IMG/VR virus record: IMGVR_UViG_3300028800_000001
Span: 1-64,000 of that record
Strand: one strand, 5' to 3'
DNA length: 64,000 bases
Shown here: one piece after another, positions 62,794 through 64,000 of the stretch
Numbering within the stretch: position 1 is the first letter of the stretch
Layout: the number at the start of each line of letters is the position of its first letter
Made by a program: the position numbers and the translations under genes
Notes under the pieces: model-generated
Database searches by the model: none
What the model saw: the letters and a program-made list of their open reading frames with translations, nothing else
What the model was told of the DNA's origin: nothing

Positions 62794-63484
62794 ACTGCTC
62801 TGCCTTTTTCTCTTCTTGCGCTTTGGTCACGGCCTCTAACATATATTCAGCATAATACGGATGCTCCCGATCAAGGTGTCGTACATAGTATCCATAGCCA
62901 CCTCTCTCCTCACATATAGCCGTCACGACACCGTAGGTGCCTTCATCATCCACATAGACAATTTGCCCCTCTTGAAACTTCGCAACAGGCTTGAGTATTT
63001 CTTTGGTACGCAGCCTTTTGATGCATTCTTTCCACTCATCGGTCAGCGCCTCCCACAAGATGTCCTCATCAAAGAGTGCCTCCGGCAGGTACAACCCTTT
63101 CTTTGTCTTGCTCTCGTTGGATTGCAGCGAAAACTCTGCATTGCCTTCATAGACGTAGGCCAGTGGATTTGTCCAGACGCCACGTACATTCAAATGCTCT
63201 AAATCCATTTGTGCTAGCCACCATACATGTTGAAATTTCTCATCAAGATAGCGAATACCTTCGGACACCCGCGCTGGAATACTCTCCAGAAATTCCATCT
63301 TGGCATACGCATACTCTAACTCTTTCATCAGCCCTACTGCCTCACCAAGCGCAGGCGACACTTTTCCAAAGGCAAAACAGGCAAGTAATACCTCACCCTT
63401 TGACGCATCATACTTTTCTGCTAGCTGCGTTATCTCGTCAAACGTCTTTTCGTCAGGGACATCAATTTCAATTCTTTTCATCAT
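62750..63484 (-). CDS. hypothetical protein with C-terminal SH3/KOW-like segment
   Basis: KFQEGQIVYV...GVV...GYYVR. Confidence 0.75.
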   Translation of the reverse strand: MMKRIEIDVPDEKTFDEITQLAEKYDASKGEVLLACFAFGKVSPALGEAVGLMKELEYAYAKMEFLESIPARVSEGIRYLDEKFQHVWWLAQMDLEHLNVRGVWTNPLAYVYEGNAEFSLQSNESKTKKGLYLPEALFDEDILWEALTDEWKECIKRLRTKEILKPVAKFQEGQIVYVDDEGTYGVVTAICEERGGYGYYVRHLDREHPYYAEYMLEAVTKAQEEKKAEQFTRLRAMYSAYDEA

Positions 63485-64000
63485 TTTCCTTCAAAAAATT
63501 ATTCCAATGCCAGTAATCAGTAAATTGACCAATGGCTACGGGAAACGGTACGACAAGGTTGAGGGTATAACGATCATGCAGTGGTGAACTATATTCCGGT
63601 AGCGCATACCCATCAAGCGGAGTGAGTATCTTCTGCCAACGCGCCTGCTCTTCGCTGAAGTGCTCGTATTCGGTCACATCGTTGCAGTCTTCAAACTCGT
63701 ATTCAATGGTGGCGCACAGCCATTTCTTGTCCTGCCAGAGCACGCTATAACCCAGGCGAAGAATGCCGTTCTTTATTGTTCTAAAGCCGTTGGCCGCAAT
63801 GAGGCGTTCCTCTTGCTGTGTGAGTGGATACGGTCCGTACGGACCATCTTTTTGATACGAGAGTCCCAGGCGTTCAAACTGAAGCGGTGTCCAGTGTTCA
63901 GTACTCTCACACAGCCCATTGGTGAGGAACCAGAGCGGCCCCTGTTCGGTCACAACAAAGGGATCATGATCCACAAGCAGATAGCCCTGATTTTTTGCTG
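63468..64000 (-). CDS. hypothetical protein, 5'-truncated by the window
   Basis: Frame stays open to position 64000 (AKNQGYLLVDHDPF...). Confidence 0.7.
   Translation of the reverse strand, partial: AKNQGYLLVDHDPFVVTEQGPLWFLTNGLCESTEHWTPLQFERLGLSYQKDGPYGPYPLTQQEERLIAANGFRTIKNGILRLGYSVLWQDKKWLCATIEYEFEDCNDVTEYEHFSEEQARWQKILTPLDGYALPEYSSPLHDRYTLNLVVPFPVAIGQFTDYWHWNNFLKENDEKN

Noticed and set aside
591-63587. Most plus-strand and nested ORFs in the track (e.g. 1421-1888, 20158-20748, 52942-53616, 54591-55130 minus)
   Set aside because: Antisense shadows of real genes; no RBS or protein-like motifs.
1-64000. Stop-codon reassignment (TAG or TGA read as an amino acid)
   Set aside because: TAG and TGA are routinely used as true stops with coupled downstream starts; only two isolated anomalies (484, 31526).
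1-64000. Virion, terminase, DNA polymerase, transposase, or Nop-domain Tas genes
   Set aside because: No motif support seen; absence of a Tas protein needs HMM or structure confirmation.

Overview
The window is a gene-dense stretch of about 150 mostly short CDSs, nearly all on the minus strand, with overlapping stop/start codons and AGGAG-type RBSs. It looks like the early/accessory region of a large phage or phage-like element (inference; no capsid, tail, terminase or polymerase genes are present). The host cannot be determined; the style of the lipoprotein and Pro/Thr-rich membrane proteins suggests Chloroflexota (Ktedonobacteria-like), tentatively. Recognisable genes: macrodomain, thymidylate kinase, MazG-like pyrophosphohydrolase, pyrimidine-dimer glycosylase-like protein, tyrosine recombinase, GIY-YIG and two HNH nucleases, C39-like peptidase, tandem XRE regulators, HTH_17 proteins and two YbjQ-like proteins. 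Three non-coding discoveries stand out. (1) A ~1.03-kb array (18956-19981) of about 30 units with a ~35-nt period. Each unit has two alternating short degenerate repeats, GTNYGARYCA and GT-N4/5-YCA, separated by ~8-nt variable segments. The array has its own promoter, a downstream terminator and a divergent small RNA. This is a TIGR-like tandem-spacer architecture with no recognisable Tas or Cas effector in the window. (2) A ~230-nt transcription unit ending in a 57-nt tRNA-like fold that lacks the anticodon arm (22741-22797). (3) A family of sigma70-type promoters carrying a palindrome TTTC(A/T)GAAA centred exactly 22 nt upstream of the -35 box in 13 copies, often overlapping the 3' end of the upstream gene.
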